IMG/VR virus record: IMGVR_UViG_3300047478_000138
Coordinates: 16,770-80,769 of that record
DNA from: a virus
Length of the DNA: 64,000 nt
Reading direction: 5' to 3' (one strand)
Made by a program: the position numbers and the translations under genes. How positions within the stretch are numbered: position 1 is the first letter of the stretch; the number at the start of each line of letters is the position of its first letter. The notes under the pieces are model-generated. The model saw only the letters and a list, made by a program, of their open reading frames with translations, was not told the DNA's origin and made no database searches. Below, one piece after another: positions 10,001 to 18,332 of this stretch.

Positions 10001-11515
10001 AATAAAGGCAAAAACTACAAAAAACTAAGTGCAAATGTAGTAAATAGCTTGTGGAATGATGCTGGATTAGGTGCGCTTATGCCAAAAGTTAGTGATGATG
10101 GCACGGTAACATCTGCACTACGTTCATTGTTCAAAGACCCGTTTATGACATTCAACTACAGTGCTGGAATAGCATCAATTAAACGTAGCTTGGCTGGTGT
10201 ACTAACAAGTGGGTTAATAGATAGAATAGTTGCCGGAGAAAAAGGTACAGAACAACCTGTTAAAGCATTGATGGGATTGATAACTGCTGATAAAAATAAT
10301 TCATACAAAGTACCTAAAACAATTGAAGAATTCCAACAATTGCTAAAAGAGGTTCCATTAGATAGAATCAAAGTGAAATCCAAGAATTTGCATACATTAG
10401 AAGAGTACTTGAATGAAGTAATGGACTTAACTTACGGACACTCAGTTGAGACAATAATGAAAGAACACTTCCAAGAATTTATGGATGTGCATGATACAGT
10501 TAATAGTGCATTCAAAATCATGTTCACTGCTTGGAAACAAGAGTATGATAAAGAAGTAAAACAAGTGCCAATAGGTAAGTTAAATGATGATAAAGTAAAA
10601 GAGATACTGGACAGATTAAAAGATAAGTTCCCATTAATAAAAAGTCCATTGTCAGACGAGTTGAATGAAGGTGTTGCAATATACAAAAGCTCAAGCTTAA
10701 CACCAAGTGACGAAGAAGTCAGATACATGCCTTCAAGAGCTACTACAGATGCTACAGCAATGAAAAGCATTGGAGTAAAAAATAAAGAGACTGGTGAAGG
10801 AGTAGCTTCAGTTAAAGTGCGTCACATGATTAGAACATTCGAAGCAGCGATAAGTTCAGGTTCAGTTGTGCCAATACACTATATAGACGGTGCGTTGATG
10901 GCTCAATTAAATGGTGAAGCAGTAACAGCAATACATGATGCGATTATGCCTCCACTGAACAAGTCACTAGAAACAATTAAAAAGTACAATCAAGCAATGT
11001 TTGATATATCGAAGTCGTATAGTTGGATAAAAGAAATCAATGAAATGCTCAAACGATTGGATGTAAACACATTGGATAATACTGTAAAAGTAGAGGTTAA
11101 AGAGAAAGCAGATGGTAAAACAACTTATCTAGAGAAAGGGTTAAAAGATGCTGTTGAAGAGATGCAGAGTAAATTAGAAGCATTGACTGAGAGAGTAACA
11201 ACTGCTAGAGAAGATGTGTTTGCTCAAATAGGCGCAATAGGACATATGGTGGGATTACCTGGCAGTATGTGGACAGCTGAGGGAGTTAAGTTAGTTAAAG
11301 TAGTAAATAAGCAAGAAACTAGTACAATTGATGAAGAGAAAGTTATACTTGCTGTGTCAATAATAGCTAAAGAATGGCTTAGTAAGAATGATTCAAGATT
11401 AAGTGCTCCTGTAAAAAATAAAATTAAAACAATAATTACAGAGGCATATGGTAAAGCAGATGGGAAACAAGCACATACTAAGCTTGCTACATTAATAGAA
11501 GAAACTTGTAAATAA
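4022..11515 (+). CDS. Virion-encapsidated single-subunit RNA polymerase (N4 vRNAP-like; N-terminal and catalytic part) with lysozyme-like domain
   Basis: LYFDWFYSSNGRY (DxxGR region), motif A EFDALTSG, motif B RSLFKDPFMTFNYSAG, PIHYIDG, motif C IHDAI; N-terminal RESSDDY...GYTGAYQFG; only Cys is the penultimate residue. Confidence 0.88.
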   Translation: MSIDNYLIDLAKSTATDVSTDLASALTPKIEPVEESAFSKVGLLQGRTQQKLANLSSKSTLVDPLKYNPVQTSVQSMTVTDADTVNLSGTGAMRVLNANAYETTKQDKWFEEPRNVLRMEKQRNELAGELGVPAAQVTNDMVFKVGEQQKQNVQNTMQGTVRDSEGKLLPSLVSADVATNRTGLVEPTNNYGRDLGAVTKLGGMYSTIDAAGNITGENNGVVKLGDTPNKMNIDTALINLRNALRTRESSDDYSSVNKLGYTGAYQFGAARLADLGMVKPGTTNKQLNEPSAWTGKYGVANKEQFLQNPEVQDAVMNEHLKDYAKKLSPEATSMEDLTGKIAAAHLLGVEGAKDLNAMDANKTTGKEYYELGKLAGMSIEDRLRAETNKKHAGSASEYVDRVQGSLAKVGADAANMIEKLVGKENIDKYNTFASDVEKYFGGDGDVGYIIGAKGEIKGTDKNIQDFRNREVAAIEMGVTQETLDKHNAAMTSGLKDWEKAESVTDYIKVMARMVPEVPGILADSAGEMAGLMIPGGIGLVAATRTSNYAEEFKKNNDRDMTPGELARTFFGELAVLAPEKVLIKTGVAGVFGNLSKGGRATKIATAAGGEGLQELAEGTTEKYATQKVGDKTLLEIATDPEQTFGAALGVISGGGLASTGIVKDVVSAVPGTVKKGIGLATEIPLQKDTLANTSEDIEEPIDLKAKMSNIMSRVAENGVISTADMTSIKKMEEQLISTPEEAQEQKLATINSLKDKYKAQLLDPENDTVVLKSKRDLMYAMQDIGEVDDAVDEVLYAKAVKAGIVKDKEEYIKVKKDFAVVDAEAKSGRIGYLTLTRDLENLLDASSPNTGKVDKLVKRLINYEKTQQDYLNKGTELYNRVQKEIEAYNAPNETNLPRKTPKSASSVEMDNGYKFTVYTELDANGKVQIKSNKALQDILEAKRLNIVGIKEGLQSVAGKLDSIGLSAADTGVTNKPIINAKGNKWLDAFAKDLKGSESTPEATHIYAIGSGKRATAIKESNLSGTNLTDYTKDSVVYMTMDKATTQDDVDKLRKELSNKKSDLHKAIEAAKEAGATIRLDATLRPKSKDKAGNAVKDPHALEALRLLQEALTNYGNEYRSVPSETSNFSFTFKPKAEAETLKESAKKVKEAKEAVTKKVDVEGYKEYRNLDSVKAQEAYAKNLWNSDEAIQAQYKSTDTKEGWEKLLNRFHTISANSVKEISAELSKANDLEKQIKDTTGLTGVDKTQAVMFNEDIENQIAELKATIDKKYAKKDYVIAETNAKETSKHLESIGDIIQEIKEIAQNTNLDEEAKAAAIQELLKDVDGDVAKTILDTSISKGKKTDTYKNYIVPLDINNIVKVGKNTVLSVAPVEYLFKKLANHPEMSSVRYIDDMKKAFEKLFVVNADKPYVKGEGGTLELQLRTESAVGLFYNKAGELNDTMLMAGQLALDEYMANNGEMLNPAYKSRENIAQMLGVIESQLGKNQEKLLRDKGMFYKTAANKVGKAALQKMGYVLKKEATDVEREAYDRLAADVGNRILLAGVANGILERDSISSNEYGEAIAKDSQKSTAKRSEFVDSDADIAFIKFTKKFIAKNKDEVSKRNVRADVYREIHSLIGDENSFRKMPSENPIKTPRYKKEQVAKDIAGMQIPGMVNTDKDKKTPAQFMEHLVGIKWEVNNALIAKMLKDVNIDVLKMHLGYASAEDLNNMSFDSKESAEAKNMDIEKSIEELKMFVDEKGQMNAELYFDWFYSSNGRYMMDSNTLNPQTDKLHRFLIQPAEHKLKYTVKDGKFTKKSMESLVNYAIAQAFGFKVDKKSTVKIMKAGELLRKADPKALSEVLFGSKGKNGVKDVHTHFKLTEDGTIILPTTEGYKENPAMEFEPDHISHTLQAIDMLEKIKKGGTFTSSLTAEFDALTSGFGLKLLQIPIIGNELVGLWDWLNKVGVLEKGKATANSMNDILDGSGQKFYDSYQTLAKEVAVTEESVQEAIANKGKNYKKLSANVVNSLWNDAGLGALMPKVSDDGTVTSALRSLFKDPFMTFNYSAGIASIKRSLAGVLTSGLIDRIVAGEKGTEQPVKALMGLITADKNNSYKVPKTIEEFQQLLKEVPLDRIKVKSKNLHTLEEYLNEVMDLTYGHSVETIMKEHFQEFMDVHDTVNSAFKIMFTAWKQEYDKEVKQVPIGKLNDDKVKEILDRLKDKFPLIKSPLSDELNEGVAIYKSSSLTPSDEEVRYMPSRATTDATAMKSIGVKNKETGEGVASVKVRHMIRTFEAAISSGSVVPIHYIDGALMAQLNGEAVTAIHDAIMPPLNKSLETIKKYNQAMFDISKSYSWIKEINEMLKRLDVNTLDNTVKVEVKEKADGKTTYLEKGLKDAVEEMQSKLEALTERVTTAREDVFAQIGAIGHMVGLPGSMWTAEGVKLVKVVNKQETSTIDEEKVILAVSIIAKEWLSKNDSRLSAPVKNKIKTIITEAYGKADGKQAHTKLATLIEETCK

Positions 11516-11525
11516 GGATGTGTAA

Positions 11526-12752
11526 ATGGGATGCATAATTGACGAACTTAAAGAATTGATTGAAGAAGGTACAAAAGAAGTACTGAATAAAACTGCAAAG
11601 ACTCAAATAGAGAGCTTTATAAAAGCATTAGAGGCTGCTAAACCTAAGATTGATCCAGAAACTCTACAACTTAATATGGATTATGATGATAGTAAGATAG
11701 AAGAAGCTAGAGTAGTTAACTCTAATAGAACAGCTCAAATGAATGCTCGAAACGAAAGAATTGAAGAGTCAAAAGATAGTTTAGGTTGGAGTAAATATAA
11801 AGAAAAATTAGAATCTGTAAATGGAAAATATAACAATTACTACGGAGCAATGGAAAAAGTAATAATAGATTTAGTAAATCCAAAAGTAATACCTAATGTA
11901 GTTGGGTTAATGCTAGAAGAAGTATTTAATGGTAAATTTGATGTAATAGTAGCTGGAGATTATGATCCAGATACACATACTGTGCAAATAGCTGGAAAAC
12001 CTAGTCAGTTAGAAGTAGAATTTGCTGTAAAGGAAGGGTTAGAAACTGTTGGATTAGAGTTATTTGAAATGACAGAGGATAACTTAGACCACTTACATCC
12101 ATTACTAAAAGAATTTGTTGATATAAATACTGCTAAAGTACTCACTAAAATAGTGGCTGATATAGAGTCAATTAATGGAGGACATACAGTAACTCATGAA
12201 ATGATTCATGCTGGTGCATTAAGCTTCATGAGAAATAACCCAGAACATGAAGCAACTATACGAATAAATGAACTATATAAAGAAGCTATGGATAATGCAG
12301 ATAACATACGAAGTATGGTTCGTGAAAATGGGGTGTATAGTACATACTGGCAAAAGAATGTAGAAGAATTTCTAGCAGAAGCACTAAGCAATCCAGGATT
12401 AATGTATGCCCTAAGTAACATTAAAACAGTAGGTAAAGAAAAGCTTAGTAAAGGTTTGCTACATGAATTAGTAAAAACATTAATAGAAATGCTTGGCTTA
12501 AATAAAAAAACTGAGGATAACTTGTTAGAATTTACAATGGATGGATTTGCAGCAATAATGGAAGCTCAAGCTGTAAAAGCAAGTGTACCAGTAGATAAAG
12601 AATTGCGCCAATTGGTAAAATCTAGACATGAGGTACAAAACACTAAAGAATCACTTATAGTTACTAAAGCTGAGAAAGAGGTTAAAGCTGGTACAATGTC
12701 AGTAGAAGATATAAAAAAACTAGCTATGGAAGTGGCTAAGGAGTGTAAGTAA
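11526..12752 (+). CDS. vRNAP-associated virion protein with zincin-like (HExxH) domain
   Basis: THEMIH...EEFLAEALSNP; Cys only at residue 3 and the penultimate residue. Confidence 0.7.
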   Translation: MGCIIDELKELIEEGTKEVLNKTAKTQIESFIKALEAAKPKIDPETLQLNMDYDDSKIEEARVVNSNRTAQMNARNERIEESKDSLGWSKYKEKLESVNGKYNNYYGAMEKVIIDLVNPKVIPNVVGLMLEEVFNGKFDVIVAGDYDPDTHTVQIAGKPSQLEVEFAVKEGLETVGLELFEMTEDNLDHLHPLLKEFVDINTAKVLTKIVADIESINGGHTVTHEMIHAGALSFMRNNPEHEATIRINELYKEAMDNADNIRSMVRENGVYSTYWQKNVEEFLAEALSNPGLMYALSNIKTVGKEKLSKGLLHELVKTLIEMLGLNKKTEDNLLEFTMDGFAAIMEAQAVKASVPVDKELRQLVKSRHEVQNTKESLIVTKAEKEVKAGTMSVEDIKKLAMEVAKECK

Positions 12753-15700
12753 TGCCATGTGATATAGATAAAAAAGCTAGATTAATGAGATTGGCTCAAG
12801 AAAAGTTAGAGATGCTAAAAGAATTGCAAGAAGATGGCTATGAAGAGTATTATTCACAAGGCGAGGATATATACTCTGTAGAAACTGAAATAGCTAACAT
12901 GCAAGCTATACTAGAAGAAGATATTGATAACCTAGTAATGAATGTCAGATTAGCTGATACTAATAAATCTGTTAAACGCAGAGACTACTCTACTATAAGA
13001 AGAACTACTAATGGCCATAAATCAGCAATAAATGCGTATAAAGTAGAGGTAAAAGATAATGGAGATTATGTAGTAAGTTATCAAACTGCTAAAACTGCTA
13101 AGGATAAAACAATTACAATCCCTAAAAATGGTACTATGAAAAATGGTACTCAGTACAATGTATATGATATAAAAGACATGCTAGCAAAAAATGATGTGCT
13201 AGGAGCTAAAGCCAGTAAAGAAAAACCAAGCTTCGACAAGTTCACAGAATTAGAAGCTGATATACATGGAAATCCAGAGAAGATGGTAGACTTGCTCAAT
13301 AAAATTAATGAGTTAGATGCATCTCCAGAAACTGAAGAGCATATGGAGTACTTGAGAGGATTGATTAAACAGTTAAATCCAGACTTCATGCGTAAAGCTA
13401 AAACATACATACTAGAAAGTGCGATAGAAAATGGTGGTATGGTAATTGGTAAAGACATAGGTGTAATGGTTGGTAGAAATGCAAAAACAGCAGGCAATCA
13501 ACAGAGTGCAGCTGAAGCATATGCGCATGAAGTAATACATGCGTATACAAAGTTTGCGGTAAAGTTGGCTAAAGATGGTGATGTAGAGGCACGTAAAATA
13601 CTACGTGAATTGCAATATGTAAAGAAAGTTGCAATGGAAAATATGACATGGAAAGACTTTCTGCCAAAAGACAGCATAGACGCAACTAAAGAAGAGGCTG
13701 AAGCTAAAGAAAGATATGACTACATATTCGATGTAAACACAAGAGGATTAAAGGACTGGAAGCCTCACGGACACTCAGAAGATGAGTTCATGGCACATAT
13801 ATTGACTAACCCAATAGTAAGTAAAAAAGCTAAGTTCATAAAATTGAAAGAACAACATAAAGAGATGACATTATGGGAACAGGCAAAAGAACTGTTCGAC
13901 ACAATAACTGGATGGTTGTTGGGAGACTTCAGATTCAAAGATAGAACTAAAAATGTGCAAGAGTTAACACTTGAATTGGTTGGAATGTTTGCAGAGTTCA
14001 ATAATAAAGCAGTGACAGAAGCTCGTAAAAAAGAGAATGTAATTGAGAAGCTAAAAGATCAATTCGATAGTATAGAAGAAGATACATCAGCATGGATAGG
14101 TGAACAGTTAGATAAAATACTCCCGAAAGAGGCTAGAATTGGACCTAAGCCAAGTAATCCATTGGCACAAACAAAATGGTATGCAACCGCATTCGCTAAA
14201 TTGATGCTAACACCAATAGGTAGAAAAGAGTTGTCAAAACTGTTAAAAGCTATGGGAATGCCAATGTATGGGTCAGTGCAATCAATAATCAGAGACTTCG
14301 TAGAATCAGATCAATTAGAGAAAACAATAGATTGGTTAGCACTGCAATCTGATAAAGTAGATCAATCAAAAATGAACATAATAGGCACAGTAAAACAACA
14401 CTTAAAAGACGCATTCACAAAACCGTTAAGTGATTATGAAGAAGAAGCAATAACAAAAGTTCTGCTAGATACAGATTTGCAAAGCATCAGTAAAGAATAT
14501 ACAAACTTGCAGTTAAGAAATATGCTAACAGATGAAGAGACATTGCAAAAAGAAATAAGTAAAGCTAAACATGAGCTAAAAATGCTAGATGAAAAGAATT
14601 ACAACTGGCATACAGATCAAGCAACTGGATTAGGATACTACTTAGCCACTGGTAAAGGACACTTAGCACAAAATACAAGTGTGCTTGGAATTGCTAAAGG
14701 ACACTTAGGTGCAGAGTATAGACGTGGATGGAAGCATAAGAAAGGTGACTTAGAATTGCTGCTAAACAAAGTAAGTACGCTAGTAGCATTGGCATATACA
14801 GGAAAACAAGAGAAAGCTAAGATAGCAGAATTGCTAAAAACTGAGCGTAAGGGAGTAACAACAGTATTAGATACTGCTAGATTCCTAGAGAAAGAAGCTA
14901 AAGAAACAATATTCAAAGATCAAGAGTTATTCATGGTTAAGGGATATACAAAAGAATTGTTCGATGATAGTATGACAATGGAGATAGTACCAGTAAGTAA
15001 ACATGATGAAATGGTAAAAAGAGGATTCAAGAAGATAAAAGATATGGAGTCACATTCATTAGTTAGAACTAAAGAGAAGTATGCAATGTATGTGTCAAAC
15101 GCATTCGCAACAAATGAGTGGCATAGAACAGCAACTAGATTAACTAAGATGCAGACGAAAGGTACTAGCTTGAAAGAGCTATACTATAATGAGCAAGATA
15201 GTTACTCTGAGAAAAGACACTTGATAAACAAGTTAAAAATAGATCAAGCTAGATATGCAATAGTAAAATCCCAGTTAGATGGCACATTCGACATAAACTC
15301 AATTGAGTATGGGTTAATGCCATTGCTAGACGAGTATGGTGAAGTTGTAGACTACAGATACATGATGGAGAAAGATGCTAAGAAAGACTTGCTAAAACAA
15401 GACACAGGAATGAGTAATGTGCTTGGTGCAACTAGAGGTGCAATACTAGATAAGCAAGACACAATAGAGCATAATAAGAATGTGCTGAAGTTGATAAAAG
15501 AGGATGCAAAAGAGAATTACATAGAAGGTAGTGACATAGGTAAAAATAGTATGGCATACATACTACTAACACCGAATAGCATAAACACACACATAAAAGA
15601 TCTGTGGGAAGTGCTTCCAAAAGAGTTCAAGAAAGAGGCAATGAGAAATAGTTACAAAGGATTGGCTGTAAGAGAGGATATGCTGACTAACTACTTCGGA

Positions 15701-16822
15701 TATAGACACTTAAGCATCACAAATGTAAACTGGCTAAAAGCGATAACACCAGGATTCATACTAAACATGGTAAAAATAGCTGAAGCAATGTGGATTGAGT
15801 TCATAAAAATAACTAAAGTGGACATACTAATAAAAATGCCATTTGTAATAGTGGGGAATATAATAAGTAACATAATGTACGGAATTAGTACAGGCAGTGA
15901 TCCGATGGAAATACTAAGAATGTACAGAGAAAGTACGATAGATGTACGAAAGTACTTAAGTAAGCATAGAGAGTTGATTAAGTTAGAAGAAGCCGGCAAG
16001 ATTGGAAAAATTAGCCAACATGATAAGAATAGAATTGAAGTGCTAAAACAAGAGTTGAAAAAAAGTCCGATACATGAGTTATATGAATTGGGAATCTATC
16101 AAGCGATAGTAGAGGATGTGAGTCAAGAGGAATTAAGTAGTTCAAATAAGCTTAAAAAAGAGTACAAAAAAAGAACTTCAGCAATACCTAAAGTCATAAA
16201 AGATGGGATGAATTGGATTTACTTAACAGAAGAAACTCAGTACTACAAAGTAATGACTGAAGTGCTACAGATGTCAGACTTGGTTGCAAGAGATATAGAA
16301 AATCGTAAGTTAAAAAAGGTAATAGAACAACAAGCAAAAGGTGAGAAAAAGATACCAATGTGGTATGTGAATTATGTGGAAAATGCGAAGGATGAAGTAG
16401 CTACGAGACTGCAGGCTACAATGGTGTGGAAGGATAGAAATAGAAAGATGGATGCAGAGGAGAGAGCATACTTCAGGGAAGCTGCTAAGAACTACAGGCT
16501 AAACAATGTGCTAAATGCCTTCGTAAACTACAATAAGCCATCTGGCAGCATGGAAGAATACTTAAATAAGATGGGGTTCATAATGTTTACAAAATATGCG
16601 AAAAGAATACAGAGAGTAATAGCACAAACTGGAGCAAGATATCCAATACGTACATTAATGTTGCTGTTGACAGATGCATATGTGCTCGATATGGATACAA
16701 TACAGGATCAGAGCATATTCACTAAGAGTTGGTACAATTTGACTCCACAGTGGCCATTAGAGCGTATAATGGATGTGTTCGTACCACCAATTATACAACC
16801 TTCGACTTATCGTATAATTTAG
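12752..16822 (+). CDS. vRNAP C-terminal domain as a separate protein, with N-terminal zincin-like domain
   Basis: AHEVIH...EDEFMAHILTNP; C-terminal FVNYNKP...LNKMGFIMFTKY resembles the N4-type vRNAP C-terminus as I recall it; TAATG coupling; only Cys is residue 3. Confidence 0.7.
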   Translation: MPCDIDKKARLMRLAQEKLEMLKELQEDGYEEYYSQGEDIYSVETEIANMQAILEEDIDNLVMNVRLADTNKSVKRRDYSTIRRTTNGHKSAINAYKVEVKDNGDYVVSYQTAKTAKDKTITIPKNGTMKNGTQYNVYDIKDMLAKNDVLGAKASKEKPSFDKFTELEADIHGNPEKMVDLLNKINELDASPETEEHMEYLRGLIKQLNPDFMRKAKTYILESAIENGGMVIGKDIGVMVGRNAKTAGNQQSAAEAYAHEVIHAYTKFAVKLAKDGDVEARKILRELQYVKKVAMENMTWKDFLPKDSIDATKEEAEAKERYDYIFDVNTRGLKDWKPHGHSEDEFMAHILTNPIVSKKAKFIKLKEQHKEMTLWEQAKELFDTITGWLLGDFRFKDRTKNVQELTLELVGMFAEFNNKAVTEARKKENVIEKLKDQFDSIEEDTSAWIGEQLDKILPKEARIGPKPSNPLAQTKWYATAFAKLMLTPIGRKELSKLLKAMGMPMYGSVQSIIRDFVESDQLEKTIDWLALQSDKVDQSKMNIIGTVKQHLKDAFTKPLSDYEEEAITKVLLDTDLQSISKEYTNLQLRNMLTDEETLQKEISKAKHELKMLDEKNYNWHTDQATGLGYYLATGKGHLAQNTSVLGIAKGHLGAEYRRGWKHKKGDLELLLNKVSTLVALAYTGKQEKAKIAELLKTERKGVTTVLDTARFLEKEAKETIFKDQELFMVKGYTKELFDDSMTMEIVPVSKHDEMVKRGFKKIKDMESHSLVRTKEKYAMYVSNAFATNEWHRTATRLTKMQTKGTSLKELYYNEQDSYSEKRHLINKLKIDQARYAIVKSQLDGTFDINSIEYGLMPLLDEYGEVVDYRYMMEKDAKKDLLKQDTGMSNVLGATRGAILDKQDTIEHNKNVLKLIKEDAKENYIEGSDIGKNSMAYILLTPNSINTHIKDLWEVLPKEFKKEAMRNSYKGLAVREDMLTNYFGYRHLSITNVNWLKAITPGFILNMVKIAEAMWIEFIKITKVDILIKMPFVIVGNIISNIMYGISTGSDPMEILRMYRESTIDVRKYLSKHRELIKLEEAGKIGKISQHDKNRIEVLKQELKKSPIHELYELGIYQAIVEDVSQEELSSSNKLKKEYKKRTSAIPKVIKDGMNWIYLTEETQYYKVMTEVLQMSDLVARDIENRKLKKVIEQQAKGEKKIPMWYVNYVENAKDEVATRLQATMVWKDRNRKMDAEERAYFREAAKNYRLNNVLNAFVNYNKPSGSMEEYLNKMGFIMFTKYAKRIQRVIAQTGARYPIRTLMLLLTDAYVLDMDTIQDQSIFTKSWYNLTPQWPLERIMDVFVPPIIQPSTYRII

Positions 16823-16961
16823 AGAGATTAGAAAATACGAAAATGGATAGGATTAGAAGCAATCCTATGCCAATTAAATATGATGCGTACATAGTTAGTA
16901 CAGCAAAGACCACTAGAACAAGTAGCATAAAAGTAATGCCAAAACCTTTGACAATATGCAT
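16791..16961 (-). CDS. Small two-TM membrane protein (not in ORF track)
   Basis: MHIVKGFGITFMLLVLVVFAVLTMYASYLIGIGLLLILSIFVF..., 56 aa; TAATG-coupled to the upstream gene. Confidence 0.6.
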   Translation of the reverse strand: MHIVKGFGITFMLLVLVVFAVLTMYASYLIGIGLLLILSIFVFSNLSKLYDKSKVV

Positions 16962-17245
16962 TAATACCTCCTTGAAAAACGTTGCTTGAGATCCTCTAAA
17001 TCAATGTTAATAGTAGATTCAGGTAACTTAGGAAGATTTGGTGGATTGGCATAAAGATAAATACTGATAACTAAAGATGCAATAGTACCAACAACTAATG
17101 CCCCATAAGACCCGCTAAAGATGATGGTGACCACAATGAGCAATATGAAGTCAAGAGTGGCATCTGGATAACGCTTTCGTTCATACTTGAATAAGATAAA
17201 AATGATGTTAGCAGCTACTGCTAAACCGATTAAAATAAACTCCAT
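16961..17245 (-). CDS. Membrane protein
   Basis: Three hydrophobic segments; coupled to neighbouring genes. Confidence 0.65.
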   Translation of the reverse strand: MEFILIGLAVAANIIFILFKYERKRYPDATLDFILLIVVTIIFSGSYGALVVGTIASLVISIYLYANPPNLPKLPESTINIDLEDLKQRFSRRY

Positions 17246-17466
17246 TAGTTTGGTTCCTTAAGTTCAGATAAAAGAGATTGATTAAATTTAATAGCACGAT
17301 GAATGTTTGCTATACGTTCGTAGTCGCGTATTGAATAATGTGGTACTAGTAGTTTAGCTAAAAGCACATTAGCGGAGGAAAGTTTATATTCAAGAGCTTG
17401 CTTGTACTGCATATCTGCTAATACCGTTGGGTTTATATCATATAAATATGCGGTTGATTTTGCCAT
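17245..17466 (-). CDS. Hypothetical protein
   Basis: Likely start MAKST just after the upstream stop. Confidence 0.55.
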   Translation of the reverse strand: MAKSTAYLYDINPTVLADMQYKQALEYKLSSANVLLAKLLVPHYSIRDYERIANIHRAIKFNQSLLSELKEPN

Positions 17467-17467
17467 A

Positions 17468-17815
17468 TTAAATACGTCCTTTGGTTCGATAATAAAGTAA
17501 TTCCTCAAGTAACTGAGTTGCAAGAGTTGGTTCAGTAAATGCTAGATGATGTGCTAAATACTCTGGATGTACTGCGAATGCCGTAGTAACAAGTTCCATA
17601 GATAGATTACCGTTCTCCACATTGTCAGAGATAAAGTACTTATTAGATAGTGCAATTACCTCTGCATCTTCCGGTAATATATGTTGTTTAGCAAAATCCT
17701 GGCGATGCAATATAAAATCAGAGCATTCGAATATGATGTTTAATGCTTCCTGCTCATCTGCATCATTTACTGATGTTGTGTCATAGAAGGCTTGTACGAG
17801 TTGTGGTAAGTTCAT
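17468..17815 (-). CDS. Hypothetical protein
   Basis: ORF with AAGGA RBS. Confidence 0.6.
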   Translation of the reverse strand: MNLPQLVQAFYDTTSVNDADEQEALNIIFECSDFILHRQDFAKQHILPEDAEVIALSNKYFISDNVENGNLSMELVTTAFAVHPEYLAHHLAFTEPTLATQLLEELLYYRTKGRI

Positions 17816-17874
17816 GGTTGGTTCCTTGTGAATAAGTTAGTTATATACAACTAGCAATAGTTAGTAATTATGCA

Positions 17875-17896
17875 GAACACTTCCGAAGAAGTGCTC
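17875..17896 (-). terminator. C(UUCG)G hairpin (terminator or mRNA stabiliser)
   Basis: Minus-strand RNA GAGCACUUC-UUCG-GAAGUGUUC right after a stop codon; no clear U-tract. Confidence 0.45.
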
Positions 17897-17898
17897 AA

Positions 17899-18288
17899 TT
17901 AATTACTTGGTAACTTGCAGGTTGAATAGTCTGCAGTGTACAAAGTTGATTGTGGTTGAGAAGGATTCTTCAGCCACTTCTCTCCAGGTTGTTTGTTGTC
18001 TGTGGCCCAACGAGCAGCTTGCTCAGGACATTGAAGACGTGAAGAGATTTCCTTCACAGTCTGCTTGAGGCATAACTCAGGATTGAATCCAAGCTTAACG
18101 ATTTCCCCTGCTGCAATTACGATGATGTCTGCTAATGCATCCACCATCTCGTGAGTGTCGGCTTTGGTGAAGCCTTCACTAAATTCGTCTAATTCCTCTT
18201 GGAGTTTACTCATTGCCTTGTTAAAGTCGAAAGTAGTTCCATAACGAGTCTGGTTGAGTGACATGATGTCAAGTAAAGGTTTACTCAT
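17899..18288 (-). CDS. MazG-like all-alpha NTP pyrophosphohydrolase
   Basis: KLQEELDEF...EMVDALADIIV (ExxE...ExxD pattern). Confidence 0.75.
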   Translation of the reverse strand: MSKPLLDIMSLNQTRYGTTFDFNKAMSKLQEELDEFSEGFTKADTHEMVDALADIIVIAAGEIVKLGFNPELCLKQTVKEISSRLQCPEQAARWATDNKQPGEKWLKNPSQPQSTLYTADYSTCKLPSN

Positions 18289-18332
18289 ATGTTACTTCTT
18301 TGGTTTAGGTGGTTTAGTTGTTTTGCAAGCCA

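Noticed and set aside
11500-12765. Split intein or frameshift/readthrough joining the three vRNAP genes
   Set aside because: No intein blocks or terminal His-Asn; each gene has a clean stop and its own RBS or TAATG coupling
395-15999. Many minus-strand ORFs inside the + strand virion genes
   Set aside because: Antisense shadows of biased codon usage; no RBS or motifs
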